From assembly GCA_028700115.1 (NCBI GenBank), contig JAQVTI010000007.1, positions 7,690 through 39,689 of the forward strand: 32,000 nucleotides of DNA, read 5' to 3'. The position numbers and the translations under genes are program-made. Below the pieces are notes generated by a model. The model worked only from the letters and a program-made list of their open reading frames with translations, ran no database searches and was not told where the DNA came from. The DNA is from Candidatus Iainarchaeum sp. Lineage in GTDB: Archaea; Iainarchaeota; Iainarchaeia; Iainarchaeales; CSSED10-239. The number at the start of each line of letters is the position of its first letter. Within the stretch, counting starts at the first letter, position 1. This document shows positions 18,470-26,187 of this stretch, piece after piece.

Positions 18470-19774
18470 TTATTTATTTTTTATTATTTTAATATGTCTA
18501 AAAATATGTTTTTCTCTTAAAAAATATATTAAAATACCAATAAACATTATAGAAAGTGTAATAAATCCAATTACTATATTAAATTCAAGTAAAAATATAA
18601 ATGTAAAAATACAACCTAAAGTTGCAAGTATTGGTAAATGTCCAATATTTAATGGGACTCTGAAATAATTTTTTATTTTTAATTTATTTTTATCTTTAAA
18701 TCTAATTATAATCAATGATAAATTTACTAAAAAAAATATTAATAAAGAACCAAAATCAGTAATTTCAGTTATAAATTTCAATTGAGATAAAATCACAAAA
18801 AATAAAACAAATAAAATTACAACAATTAAAGAAATATAAGGAGTATTATTTTTAGAAACTTTAGTAAATATTTCAGGTAAAGCTTTTTTTTCACTCATCC
18901 CAAAAATCATTCTAGATGATGAAAATATCATAATTAAAACAGTACTCCCAGTTGCAGCAAGTGCAATTATACTTAAAATAATTCCTCCTAAATTACCTAA
19001 AGTAATATTTGCAACTTGTGTAATTGCAGAATTTGTCATTTGTGAAAAAGGTATTACATTAACAGCAACTAAACAAACTAAAGCATATAAAACAGAAGCA
19101 ATTACTAAAGAAATAATTATTGCTTTTGGAATATTTTTTTTAGGATTTTTAGATTCTTCAGAAAGACTAGAAACATCTTCAAATCCTAAAAATGCAAAAA
19201 ATATTAATGCAGCTGCAGAAATAATTCCATTAAATCCAAATGTAAATTCAAATACATTTACAGTACCTATACTTCCAATTCCTGAAAAAATAATAGCTAA
19301 AAGACCTAAAATTGTTAAAATTACAAAAACGGTTGCAAATTTCATTGTTCCTTTTACACTATATAAATTTATTAAAAAAGATAAAATTAAAATAATTAAA
19401 GCACCAACCAAAATAGGTAAATTAAAAAGTATTAAAAAATATTCCCCAAAACCTAAAGCAATTACAGAAATTGCAGAAATCATTACAAATACTTTTAAAA
19501 AACCTAATCCAAATGAAAACCATTTTTTATTAAATGCATTTTCAGAATAAGTATATTCCGCAGAATCTGTGGGATATCTTGAAGAAAGCTCAGCATATGA
19601 AAGACCAGTAAAACTTGCAACAATAGCAGCAATAATAAATGAAAGCCAAGTAGCATTTCCTGCAACTTGTGTTGCAAGACCAACTAAAACAAATATTCCA
19701 GCACCAATTATTACACTTAAAGTGTATATTATAGTTTCAAATAAAGTTATATTTTTTTTTAAATTTTTTTCCAT
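18470..19774 (-). CDS. amino acid/polyamine permease (APC superfamily)
   Basis: 434 aa with ~12 hydrophobic segments. The N-terminal IGAGIFVL motif and overall layout are typical of APC transporters. Substrate unknown. Confidence 0.75.
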   Translation of the reverse strand: MEKNLKKNITLFETIIYTLSVIIGAGIFVLVGLATQVAGNATWLSFIIAAIVASFTGLSYAELSSRYPTDSAEYTYSENAFNKKWFSFGLGFLKVFVMISAISVIALGFGEYFLILFNLPILVGALIILILSFLINLYSVKGTMKFATVFVILTILGLLAIIFSGIGSIGTVNVFEFTFGFNGIISAAALIFFAFLGFEDVSSLSEESKNPKKNIPKAIIISLVIASVLYALVCLVAVNVIPFSQMTNSAITQVANITLGNLGGIILSIIALAATGSTVLIMIFSSSRMIFGMSEKKALPEIFTKVSKNNTPYISLIVVILFVLFFVILSQLKFITEITDFGSLLIFFLVNLSLIIIRFKDKNKLKIKNYFRVPLNIGHLPILATLGCIFTFIFLLEFNIVIGFITLSIMFIGILIYFLREKHIFRHIKIIKNK

Positions 19775-19875
19775 AAATATTCATTTTTTATAATTTTATA
19801 ATTAATTATATTATCTTTACAAAATAGTTATAGAAAAAACATATAAAGATATCTTAAATATAAAATAGAATAAAA

Positions 19876-19957
19876 TGCAGGGCACAGGATTCGAACCTAT
19901 GAAGCACTAAGCAATGGATTTTGAGTCCATCCCCTTTGACCACTCGGGAAGCCCTGC
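19876..19957 (-). tRNA. tRNA-Leu (anticodon CAA), type II with long variable arm
   Basis: rc = GCAGGGCTTCCCGAGTGGTCAAAGGGGATGGACTCAAAATCCATTGCTTAGTGCTTCATAGGTTCGAATCCTGTGCCCTGCA. The acceptor GCAGGGC/GCCCTGC pairs. The anticodon arm is ATGGA-CTCAAAA-TCCAT. Confidence 0.85.
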
Positions 19958-20012
19958 TTATAAAAATATTATATATTAAAAGATTTAAAAATAGATTTAT
20001 TTAAAAAGAAAA

Positions 20013-20031
20013 AAAGAAGATAATCTTCTTT
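20013..20031 (-). terminator. hairpin plus T-run just downstream of the 239-aa gene
   Basis: AAAGAAGA-TAA-TCTTCTTT forms an 8-bp stem. It starts 5 nt past the stop codon and is followed on the minus strand by TTTTTCTTTTT. Confidence 0.35.
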
Positions 20032-20035
20032 TATT

Positions 20036-20755
20036 CTAATATTCAAAAACTGCAAAAATTTTATTTGTTTTTGGATCTATTTTAAAATTACTTTCAAAAA
20101 CTTTTAATTCACTAGTAGGATCCAAACCAAATTGTTTATGATTCTTAGAAATAGTTTGTTTAATTCTACTATTTAATTTACCTAATTGAGATTCAAAAGC
20201 ATCTCTTTTTTTAAAAGATAAAACTTCATTTATTGATTTTAATTTAGAATAATCAGGATAAACCATCACAGCATAACCATCTTTTCTATTAGACACACTT
20301 TTAATAGGTTCAATTACATTAATTCCAGAAGCTTTTACAATATTTGATTTTAAAGTCACATTAAGTCCAATATGATCATTTCCAGGATTCATTTTTCTAA
20401 GCACAACTGAATATTTTTCAGCACCTACGTTTAAAGAATATCTAGCATAAGTAGCTTTATCCCCTAAGGTAAAAATTCTATTTCTATTTATTAATTCTAA
20501 ACTAAATCTTCCTTTAGGATCTTTATATTTTGAAGGAATTCCTTTTCTAGAAATTAATCCAAGTTCTTTAGAAATTGCCATTAATTCTTTCATTAAACCT
20601 TTATTTTCTAAAAATAATTTTTTAGATTTAAAAGTTCCAATAACATCAAATTTAGTACCATGATGCATAGTTTGTTTTCTATCTTCTTTTATAGAATTTT
20701 TTTCTAGAACATTTTTTTTAATTTGATTTTCTCTAATTTTTTTAATTAAACGCAT
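20036..20755 (-). CDS. hypothetical protein; possibly a degenerate relative of the kinase-like paralogs
   Basis: 239 aa. KDPKGRFSLELI, KYSVVLRKM, GINVIEPIKSV and YAVMVYPDYSKL resemble KDPKGNYLISK, KFYIKQ, GINIISPKLAYF and FICLDYSNL of ORFs 9241/10181. No D..N catalytic loop is visible. Confidence 0.45.
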   Translation of the reverse strand: MRLIKKIRENQIKKNVLEKNSIKEDRKQTMHHGTKFDVIGTFKSKKLFLENKGLMKELMAISKELGLISRKGIPSKYKDPKGRFSLELINRNRIFTLGDKATYARYSLNVGAEKYSVVLRKMNPGNDHIGLNVTLKSNIVKASGINVIEPIKSVSNRKDGYAVMVYPDYSKLKSINEVLSFKKRDAFESQLGKLNSRIKQTISKNHKQFGLDPTSELKVFESNFKIDPKTNKIFAVFEY

Positions 20756-20774
20756 ATATTAACACATTCTAATT

Positions 20775-21191
20775 TTAACAAGAACCCTCTTTTAAAATAG
20801 GAATTTCTCCTGCAAGACAAGTATTTGAATAAGTTACACCATTAACAGCACAAACAGGTACATATTCCAGAGTACAAAATCTATTTGGATCTAAATTATT
20901 TAAATTAATAAATTCTCCTTTTTGACATTCATTATTAAATAATTTCCATTCCTCACATTCAGAACCATCTTCAAAAACACAAACTCCATAAGTTCCATTT
21001 TCAAAAGTTCTAAAATCTAAAGTTCCACCTAAATTATCACAATTTACAGAAGCAGGATTTGCAATTTGAACATTATCATTTCCTTCTCCTTGAGGAACAT
21101 ACATTCTAGTTTTAAAAAATATAATATAAACTAAAAATAAAACTAAAATAATACCTATTGCAATTAATGCAATTTTTAAACTCTTATTCAT
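20775..21191 (-). CDS. membrane-anchored/secreted DUF333-like domain fused to a Kazal-type domain
   Basis: 138 aa with an N-terminal TM segment. ANPASVNCDNLGGT...GVCVFEDGSECEEWKLFNNEC fits the DUF333 (putative hemolysin) pattern. CTLEYVPVCAVNGVTYSNTCLA...GSC fits the Kazal signature C..Y.PVC...G.TY.N.C. Confidence 0.65.
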   Translation of the reverse strand: MNKSLKIALIAIGIILVLFLVYIIFFKTRMYVPQGEGNDNVQIANPASVNCDNLGGTLDFRTFENGTYGVCVFEDGSECEEWKLFNNECQKGEFINLNNLDPNRFCTLEYVPVCAVNGVTYSNTCLAGEIPILKEGSC

Positions 21192-21280
21192 AAAATAACC
21201 TCTTTTATTTAAATATTATAAATGTATTAAGATGCAAATATTTAAAAAGAATGTTTTTTATTAAAGGTTTTTACCTAAAC

Positions 21281-21523
21281 TTAAAAATTAGAATAAAAAG
21301 CGCAGAGGACGGGATTCGAACCCGCGTAGTCGTAAGACTCTAGCTTAGCAGGCTTGAAGAATTGTGTGCTGTTTGTGACGTTAGTGTCGTTTGTAGATGC
21401 ACTAAACAAAGCAACTCTCAGCAATTGCCTTATCAACTTAGATGCATTAATTTTTTTCTTTTTAATAAAATCATACGTATGTTTATCAAGATTAATTTCA
21501 ATTCTTTTCTTTTTTTCTTTCAT
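21281..21523 (-). CDS. ribbon-helix-helix-like small protein whose C-terminal ~27 codons are tRNA-derived (reads through the att site)
   Basis: 80 aa. KKRIEINLDKHTYDFIKKKKINASKLIRQLLRVAL has a beta-strand/helix/helix RHH pattern. From ~FKPAKLES onward the reading frame is the tRNA fragment (GCG GGT TCG AAT CCC GTC CTC = AGSNPVL). The start overlaps the upstream gene by 26 nt. Confidence 0.4.
   Translation of the reverse strand: MKEKKKRIEINLDKHTYDFIKKKKINASKLIRQLLRVALFSASTNDTNVTNSTQFFKPAKLESYDYAGSNPVLCAFYSNF
21301..21356 (-). pseudogene. orphan 3' portion of tRNA-Ser(GCU): anticodon arm, long variable arm, T arm, 3' acceptor strand. Candidate att site.
   Basis: The minus strand reads CAAGC-CTGCTAA-GCTAG AGTCTTACGACTAC GCGGG-TTCGAAT-CCCGT CCTCTGC G. 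The partner acceptor strand GCAGAGG and a D-arm are absent from the next ~250 nt upstream. The anticodon stem has an A:A mismatch on its 5' (element-side) strand. Confidence 0.7.
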
Positions 21524-22502
21524 TTAAATCACATATTTTATCCCAATCATTAATTAAATCATAACCTTGATTATAATATTCATAAAATATATTTACTATT
21601 TCCTCTCTAGGAACAGGCACAATATCAGATAATTGTGATCTTTTAATAATATCAGGAGATGGAATATTATAAATTATAATTTTTTTATTTTTATCTTCAG
21701 TAATAAAATATCTATCGTGGATATCCTTTAGAGCATTATCATTTAAAATTTTGACATTAATATCTATATTTGTTAATTCTGATTTCAACTTTTTAAATAG
21801 TTTTCTGAAATCTAAATTAATATGATTTGGGGAAGTAATAATTTTAATAGACAAGACTTTATCCTTTGTATATTTAAATAAATAATCAAGGCCACTAGTA
21901 GAAAAATATTTATCAATCCAAAGTATTAAATTATTAGACCTTTCATGTATTAACTCTTCCATTGCTTTTTCATTTGAATATGGTTTATTTGGACTTATCG
22001 ATATAGAAGTAACTTCCTCGGATAACAAACCACTATCTTGATTAATAAAGTCTATACCTTCTGAAGTTATTGCTATGTGTCTACTACCTATATATTTTGC
22101 AAAACCATAATACTTTAAATAATCAAATACATAATAAAAATATAATTTATCTAAATTTAAATCATCAATAACTTGATTAAATAATACATAAGTAGAACTT
22201 TTAGATAATTGAAACAATTTATTTAAGATTTTAATTTCACATTCTTTCCTTCTTAAATAATCTGAATTATAATACTCTTTTTCAATCAAATTAGCACCAT
22301 TTTGAGAAATTGAATAGCCACCTCCTAAAGCTCTTGATTTAATTAACCCTTTATCCGATAAATACTTTAATTCTAAATGATTGATATTTAAGTTATTTTC
22401 TGAAATTACAGTATCTATAAATATTATAGAATTAAATATATTTATTGATTTTTTCTTAGCACTATCGTAAAATAATTTTAAAAATTTCAAGTTATATTCC
22501 AT
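21498..22502 (-). CDS. hypothetical protein: two wHTH-like repeats plus a C-terminal IHDRYFITED module
   Basis: 334 aa. LKYLSDKGLIKSRALGGGYSISQNGANLIE and FDYLKYYGFAKYIGSRHIAITSEGIDFI look like tandem winged-helix units. The C-terminal ~140 aa reads LILWIDKYF...IKIITSP...IHDRYFITED. No family can be assigned without a search. Confidence 0.55.
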   Translation of the reverse strand: MEYNLKFLKLFYDSAKKKSINIFNSIIFIDTVISENNLNINHLELKYLSDKGLIKSRALGGGYSISQNGANLIEKEYYNSDYLRRKECEIKILNKLFQLSKSSTYVLFNQVIDDLNLDKLYFYYVFDYLKYYGFAKYIGSRHIAITSEGIDFINQDSGLLSEEVTSISISPNKPYSNEKAMEELIHERSNNLILWIDKYFSTSGLDYLFKYTKDKVLSIKIITSPNHINLDFRKLFKKLKSELTNIDINVKILNDNALKDIHDRYFITEDKNKKIIIYNIPSPDIIKRSQLSDIVPVPREEIVNIFYEYYNQGYDLINDWDKICDLNERKKEKN

Positions 22503-22508
22503 ATTAAA

Positions 22509-23426
22509 TCATATCTTTATTTTTTCATAAACTTTATATGGCCAATTTTGTTCTTCAGAAATACAAGATGAAAAAGCACTTACAAAGAATAAATTTTCAG
22601 TAAATTTAGTCACATCATAATTACAATCTTTAATATTAAATACAGCTAAAATTAATCTGTTGAAATGAACAATATCTTCATTTGAGATACCTGAGAAATA
22701 AATTGAATTAATTATTAAATTTATATTATAAGTATTAACCCTATTTTCAAGATTATATTTTTTAAGAGTTTTTTTTAAAGCTAAACTAGAGGTATTATTA
22801 TTTTCATCAGCTATAGAATCATAACCTTTTGTTTTTTTATTTAATTTAATTTCTTTATTATAATTTAGTATATATTCTTCTTTAATTTGATTAAATTTGT
22901 CTCCAAATATCCAATACCCTAAATGATAATTTAGATAATTAGATTTTAATCCCTCTTTTATAATTTCTAATATATTAGTAAAATTATGATAAGGAAATAA
23001 AGGCCTATTTTTAATAGGTATAAAGTCCACAGATTGTAAGAAACTAAATAATATATCTATTTGTTTTTTATTTAGTTTAATATCAAATAAAATTTCAAAC
23101 CATTTAAAAGAAGGAATCAATGGATTACCTTTATTTGTTGTTTTCGAAGTCCATTTTATTTCTATAGAACCATCTTTTTTTTCATCAACTCTATCAAATT
23201 GATGAAAATCATTTTTATCTGGAATAGTTTCTAAGAAAAATGGCTTTATTTTTTTAATTTTATTTCTGATAGTATTATTACCTGTTACATCAGGATAAAA
23301 TATTTCTTCTAAATTTTTCTGAGTAAAATAATAATTTTCTCTAGAACCAAAAACAAATATACTAAATAAAACTTGTGAAGTTAATTTTTCATCTAATAAG
23401 TCCAATATTATATTTTTATAGGGCAT
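22509..23426 (-). CDS. hypothetical protein (ORFan), first gene of the minus-strand cassette
   Basis: 305 aa with no competing ORF and a 6-nt gap to the next gene. No motif recognised. Confidence 0.5.
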   Translation of the reverse strand: MPYKNIILDLLDEKLTSQVLFSIFVFGSRENYYFTQKNLEEIFYPDVTGNNTIRNKIKKIKPFFLETIPDKNDFHQFDRVDEKKDGSIEIKWTSKTTNKGNPLIPSFKWFEILFDIKLNKKQIDILFSFLQSVDFIPIKNRPLFPYHNFTNILEIIKEGLKSNYLNYHLGYWIFGDKFNQIKEEYILNYNKEIKLNKKTKGYDSIADENNNTSSLALKKTLKKYNLENRVNTYNINLIINSIYFSGISNEDIVHFNRLILAVFNIKDCNYDVTKFTENLFFVSAFSSCISEEQNWPYKVYEKIKI

Positions 23427-23598
23427 AATTTATCTTTCATTCTTGCTTACTAATTTAAAGTAAATTTAGTAATTATAACATTACTAATCCTATAAAAAAA
23501 ATAGGACCTCATAAACATCATAAGATATATATGATTACTAAAAAAAACTTTATTAGATAACTAATATAGTAATCAAAAAATATATAAAGAGGTGTATT
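23427..23598. promoter_or_regulatory. divergent control region with repeated TTACTAAT / TAGTAAT motifs
   Basis: TTACTAAT occurs at 23447-23454 and 23481-23488, and ATTACTAA at 23534-23541. The inverted form TAGTAAT occurs at 23467-23473 and 23567-23573. The first pair forms the imperfect palindrome TTACTAATTTAAAGTAAATTTAGTAA, centred on a TTTAAA element ~26-33 nt upstream of the minus-strand ATG. Confidence 0.5.
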
Positions 23599-23880
23599 AT
23601 GAAAAAATATGAAAGCGGACAGGTAAGTAAAGTACATACAGGTCCAAGATACAATTTGGTAGAATTAAAAACCCCTACTGAAACACTTCAGATTTCTGAT
23701 TGGAATAAATTTCCTATAAAAGAAAATGAAGAATATACTTTAGAACTTCAAGAAAATGGTGAATTTCTAAACCTTATTTCTATAGAAGACGCTAAAGGTA
23801 ATAAATTAGAAATGAATAAAAAAGATAAAATAATTAAATTAGCTAATAAAATAATATCTGAAGCTAAGGAGGTGATCTAA
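23599..23880 (+). CDS. hypothetical small protein
   Basis: 93 aa. AAAGAGGTG lies 5 nt upstream of the ATG. It is the first gene of the plus-strand module. Confidence 0.5.
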   Translation: MKKYESGQVSKVHTGPRYNLVELKTPTETLQISDWNKFPIKENEEYTLELQENGEFLNLISIEDAKGNKLEMNKKDKIIKLANKIISEAKEVI

Positions 23881-24161
23881 TGCCTCTTTCTTATTATAAT
23901 ACAAAAGATACTGTGCCTTTATCAAAATTAAAAGAAAGGTACATTACAACCTTTGTTGATAATCTTAAAGACTTTGAAGAAGAAATCATTCAAAATTATA
24001 ATAACTCAAATACAAAGTTATTCATAGAAAATGACAAAGCTTTTCTAATTATCAATGAATTTTGTTTTATAATTATATATTATACTAAAAAAATAAAAGA
24101 AAAAATAGTACAATGTGTGAATGGATGTGGTATAGATGCAAGAAAACATATTTCAAAGTGA
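23880..24161 (+). CDS. hypothetical small protein
   Basis: 93 aa. Start and stop overlap as TAATG with the previous gene. AAGGAGGTGATC directly upstream is a perfect complement of the 16S 3' end. Confidence 0.5.
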   Translation: MPLSYYNTKDTVPLSKLKERYITTFVDNLKDFEEEIIQNYNNSNTKLFIENDKAFLIINEFCFIIIYYTKKIKEKIVQCVNGCGIDARKHISK

Positions 24162-25731
24162 AGATCCTATTTTTTACAATCTTAATCAAGGAGAGTTTAA
24201 AGATAACTTTTATTTTGGAAAAGTTATATCTGTTAAAAGTCAGCAAACCAATTGTGTAATATTATCTGATAGAAACTTCTTTGTAGATTATGAATCAGTA
24301 AAAGTAAAAGAAGAAATTAATGAAAATGGACGTGTTAAAAAAATAAAAGTACCTATGGGCATTAATGAGATCACTGAAAATGGATTGCACTATAGAAACC
24401 CTATTATTGATTGTAGTAATTTTTGGTCAAATGAAGCAATAAATGAATTTATCTTAAACCAAGACCCAAGAATAGATAAAACAGAATTATTTAACCAAAT
24501 AAAAAACCAGTTAATAAAATATATGGATATACACGATTCAAGGATCTATGACTTAATTACAAGCTATATTATAGGAACTTATTGTTTTTCTTTATTTAAT
24601 TCCTATGGTTATTTATTTTTAAACTGCGAGAAAAACTCTGGAAAGACTAAACTTACAAACCTAATAGGATATATGGCTTTTAACTCTATAAACGCTACAA
24701 ACCCAACAGAATCATCTCTCTTTAGGTTATGTGAATCAAATAAACCTACTTTCTTGATTGATGATTTTGAAAGAATAGAAGATGATAAACAAAAATATAT
24801 CTCTCAAATACTTAAGACAGGATATAAGAAAGGAGGACAAACCCTAAGAACAGATACAAACAATAACAACCAAGTAAGATTATTTGACTTATACTCTCCA
24901 AAAGTAATTAATAATGTAGGAGAACTAGATGAAATTACTCTTTCAAGATGTATAGTAATAAGATTACTAAGAACAAAGACAGAAAAAGGAAGATTAGAAC
25001 CAAAAGAAACAAATAAAATATGGAAAGAAATAAGAGATAACTGCTATCTGTTTATTATGCAAAACTGGAAAGAGATTAAAGAAATATACACTAATTATCA
25101 AACAGATTTATTTAACAATAGAGATTTAGAAATTTCAAAAGGAATTTTAAGTATAGCTAAGTTTATTTCACAAGAAACACATCAAAATATTGAAAGTTAT
25201 TTATTAGATAGTTTTCAAGATAGAGATTACATAGATTATTCAACAAATAAAAATTATCTTTTATTTAAAACAATGTATGATTATGTAAAAGATACTAAAT
25301 TACACACAACTCTTGAGATAGAAACTTGGATTAAAATGGAATATCCAGATATTTTTGACAAAGATAAAAAAATGAGTTATTGGATAGGTAAAACTTTATC
25401 AAAAATACCTTTATTTAAAAATAATAAGTTAAGAAGCTCTAATTCCAGACAATATCTATTATCAAAAGAGATTATAAAAGATTATATGGAAAGACAAAAC
25501 TATCCTTTTGAACTGTCACAAATGTCAGAAACAGCACCAGTTTATCAAATAAATGATGATGAAGTAAAAGAGTTATCTGAAGAGATTAGAGATACTTGTC
25601 AGATTTGTAAACAACAAACTTTTGTAAAATATACAAGTATCAAAGATATTGGAAAGAACTATTGTGACAATTGTGTCAATAGTGACATTAGAAAGCAGAA
25701 GAGTAAAGAACTTTTAGATCAAATGTATTAG
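24136..25731 (+). CDS. P-loop NTPase of mobile-element replication type (DUF3631-like core) with C-terminal CxxC...CxxC zinc ribbon
   Basis: 531 aa. Walker A-like CEKNSGKT and Walker B PTFLIDDFE are present. The succession SSLFRL...PTFLIDDFE...ILKTGYKKGGQTLR...LSRCIVIRLLR matches my recollection of DUF3631 proteins found with phage/plasmid primases. The C-terminus reads CQICKQQ...CDNCV. Confidence 0.55.
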   Translation: MQENIFQSEDPIFYNLNQGEFKDNFYFGKVISVKSQQTNCVILSDRNFFVDYESVKVKEEINENGRVKKIKVPMGINEITENGLHYRNPIIDCSNFWSNEAINEFILNQDPRIDKTELFNQIKNQLIKYMDIHDSRIYDLITSYIIGTYCFSLFNSYGYLFLNCEKNSGKTKLTNLIGYMAFNSINATNPTESSLFRLCESNKPTFLIDDFERIEDDKQKYISQILKTGYKKGGQTLRTDTNNNNQVRLFDLYSPKVINNVGELDEITLSRCIVIRLLRTKTEKGRLEPKETNKIWKEIRDNCYLFIMQNWKEIKEIYTNYQTDLFNNRDLEISKGILSIAKFISQETHQNIESYLLDSFQDRDYIDYSTNKNYLLFKTMYDYVKDTKLHTTLEIETWIKMEYPDIFDKDKKMSYWIGKTLSKIPLFKNNKLRSSNSRQYLLSKEIIKDYMERQNYPFELSQMSETAPVYQINDDEVKELSEEIRDTCQICKQQTFVKYTSIKDIGKNYCDNCVNSDIRKQKSKELLDQMY

Positions 25732-25758
25732 TTCGTTTTTTAAAAAAGAGGTGTTTTT

Positions 25759-26187
25759 ATGGTAAAAAGTAAAGAGGGTAAGGAAATATCTAAAATGAAT
25801 GCAGTTAAACACGGACTTTATTTCAAATTTTCATCATTCTTTCCTTGTAACTTATGTGTTATTAAAGATAAATGTGAAGATTATGCTCCTGGTGGAAATT
25901 GTTCAATTGATAGTAATCAATTTAATAGACTAATGAAAAAAGATGTTGATGAATTAGAAGTTATAAAACAATTAATATCATATAATCAAGTAAGACTTAT
26001 GAGAGCAACAGAGCAATTATATAAAGTTCCACAACATATTGAACTTAGTCGGATTTCAGGTGAAATACGAAATCTTATTCAAACCTATCACATTATAAAA
26101 AATCGAAAAGAGGTTTTAAAGAATGAATCTGAAGTATTGCAATCATTGCCAAAACAAAGTAAATTGTCTTTATTACCAAGAGAATAA
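25759..26187 (+). CDS. hypothetical Cys-rich protein (N-terminal NAVKHGLY motif)
   Basis: 142 aa with a GAGGTG RBS. CNLCVIKDKCEDYAPGGNC is a Cys cluster. NAxKHGxY plus a Cys cluster reminds me of some small-terminase-like or DNA-binding MGE proteins; this is unverified. Confidence 0.45.
   Translation: MVKSKEGKEISKMNAVKHGLYFKFSSFFPCNLCVIKDKCEDYAPGGNCSIDSNQFNRLMKKDVDELEVIKQLISYNQVRLMRATEQLYKVPQHIELSRISGEIRNLIQTYHIIKNRKEVLKNESEVLQSLPKQSKLSLLPRE

Noticed and set aside
19569-19793. Track ORF, 74 aa, plus strand
   Set aside because: It is antisense to the N-terminus of the APC permease. It is a shadow ORF.
21362-21553. Track ORF, 63 aa, plus strand
   Set aside because: It is antisense to the RHH-like ORF and the end of the 334-aa gene, with a low-complexity product. 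The minus-strand reading has a recognisable fold pattern.
21301-21600. tRNA-Ser fragment as a trans-split tRNA half (Nanoarchaeum-style) or an intron-containing tRNA
   Set aside because: Known split tRNAs break after position 37 and carry a complementary GC-rich leader. Here the fragment includes the complete anticodon loop plus part of the 5' stem strand. No 5' half or D-arm lies within ~250 nt, and the fragment coincides with a host/MGE boundary. An att remnant explains this better, but Infernal and a genome-wide search for a 5' half would settle it.
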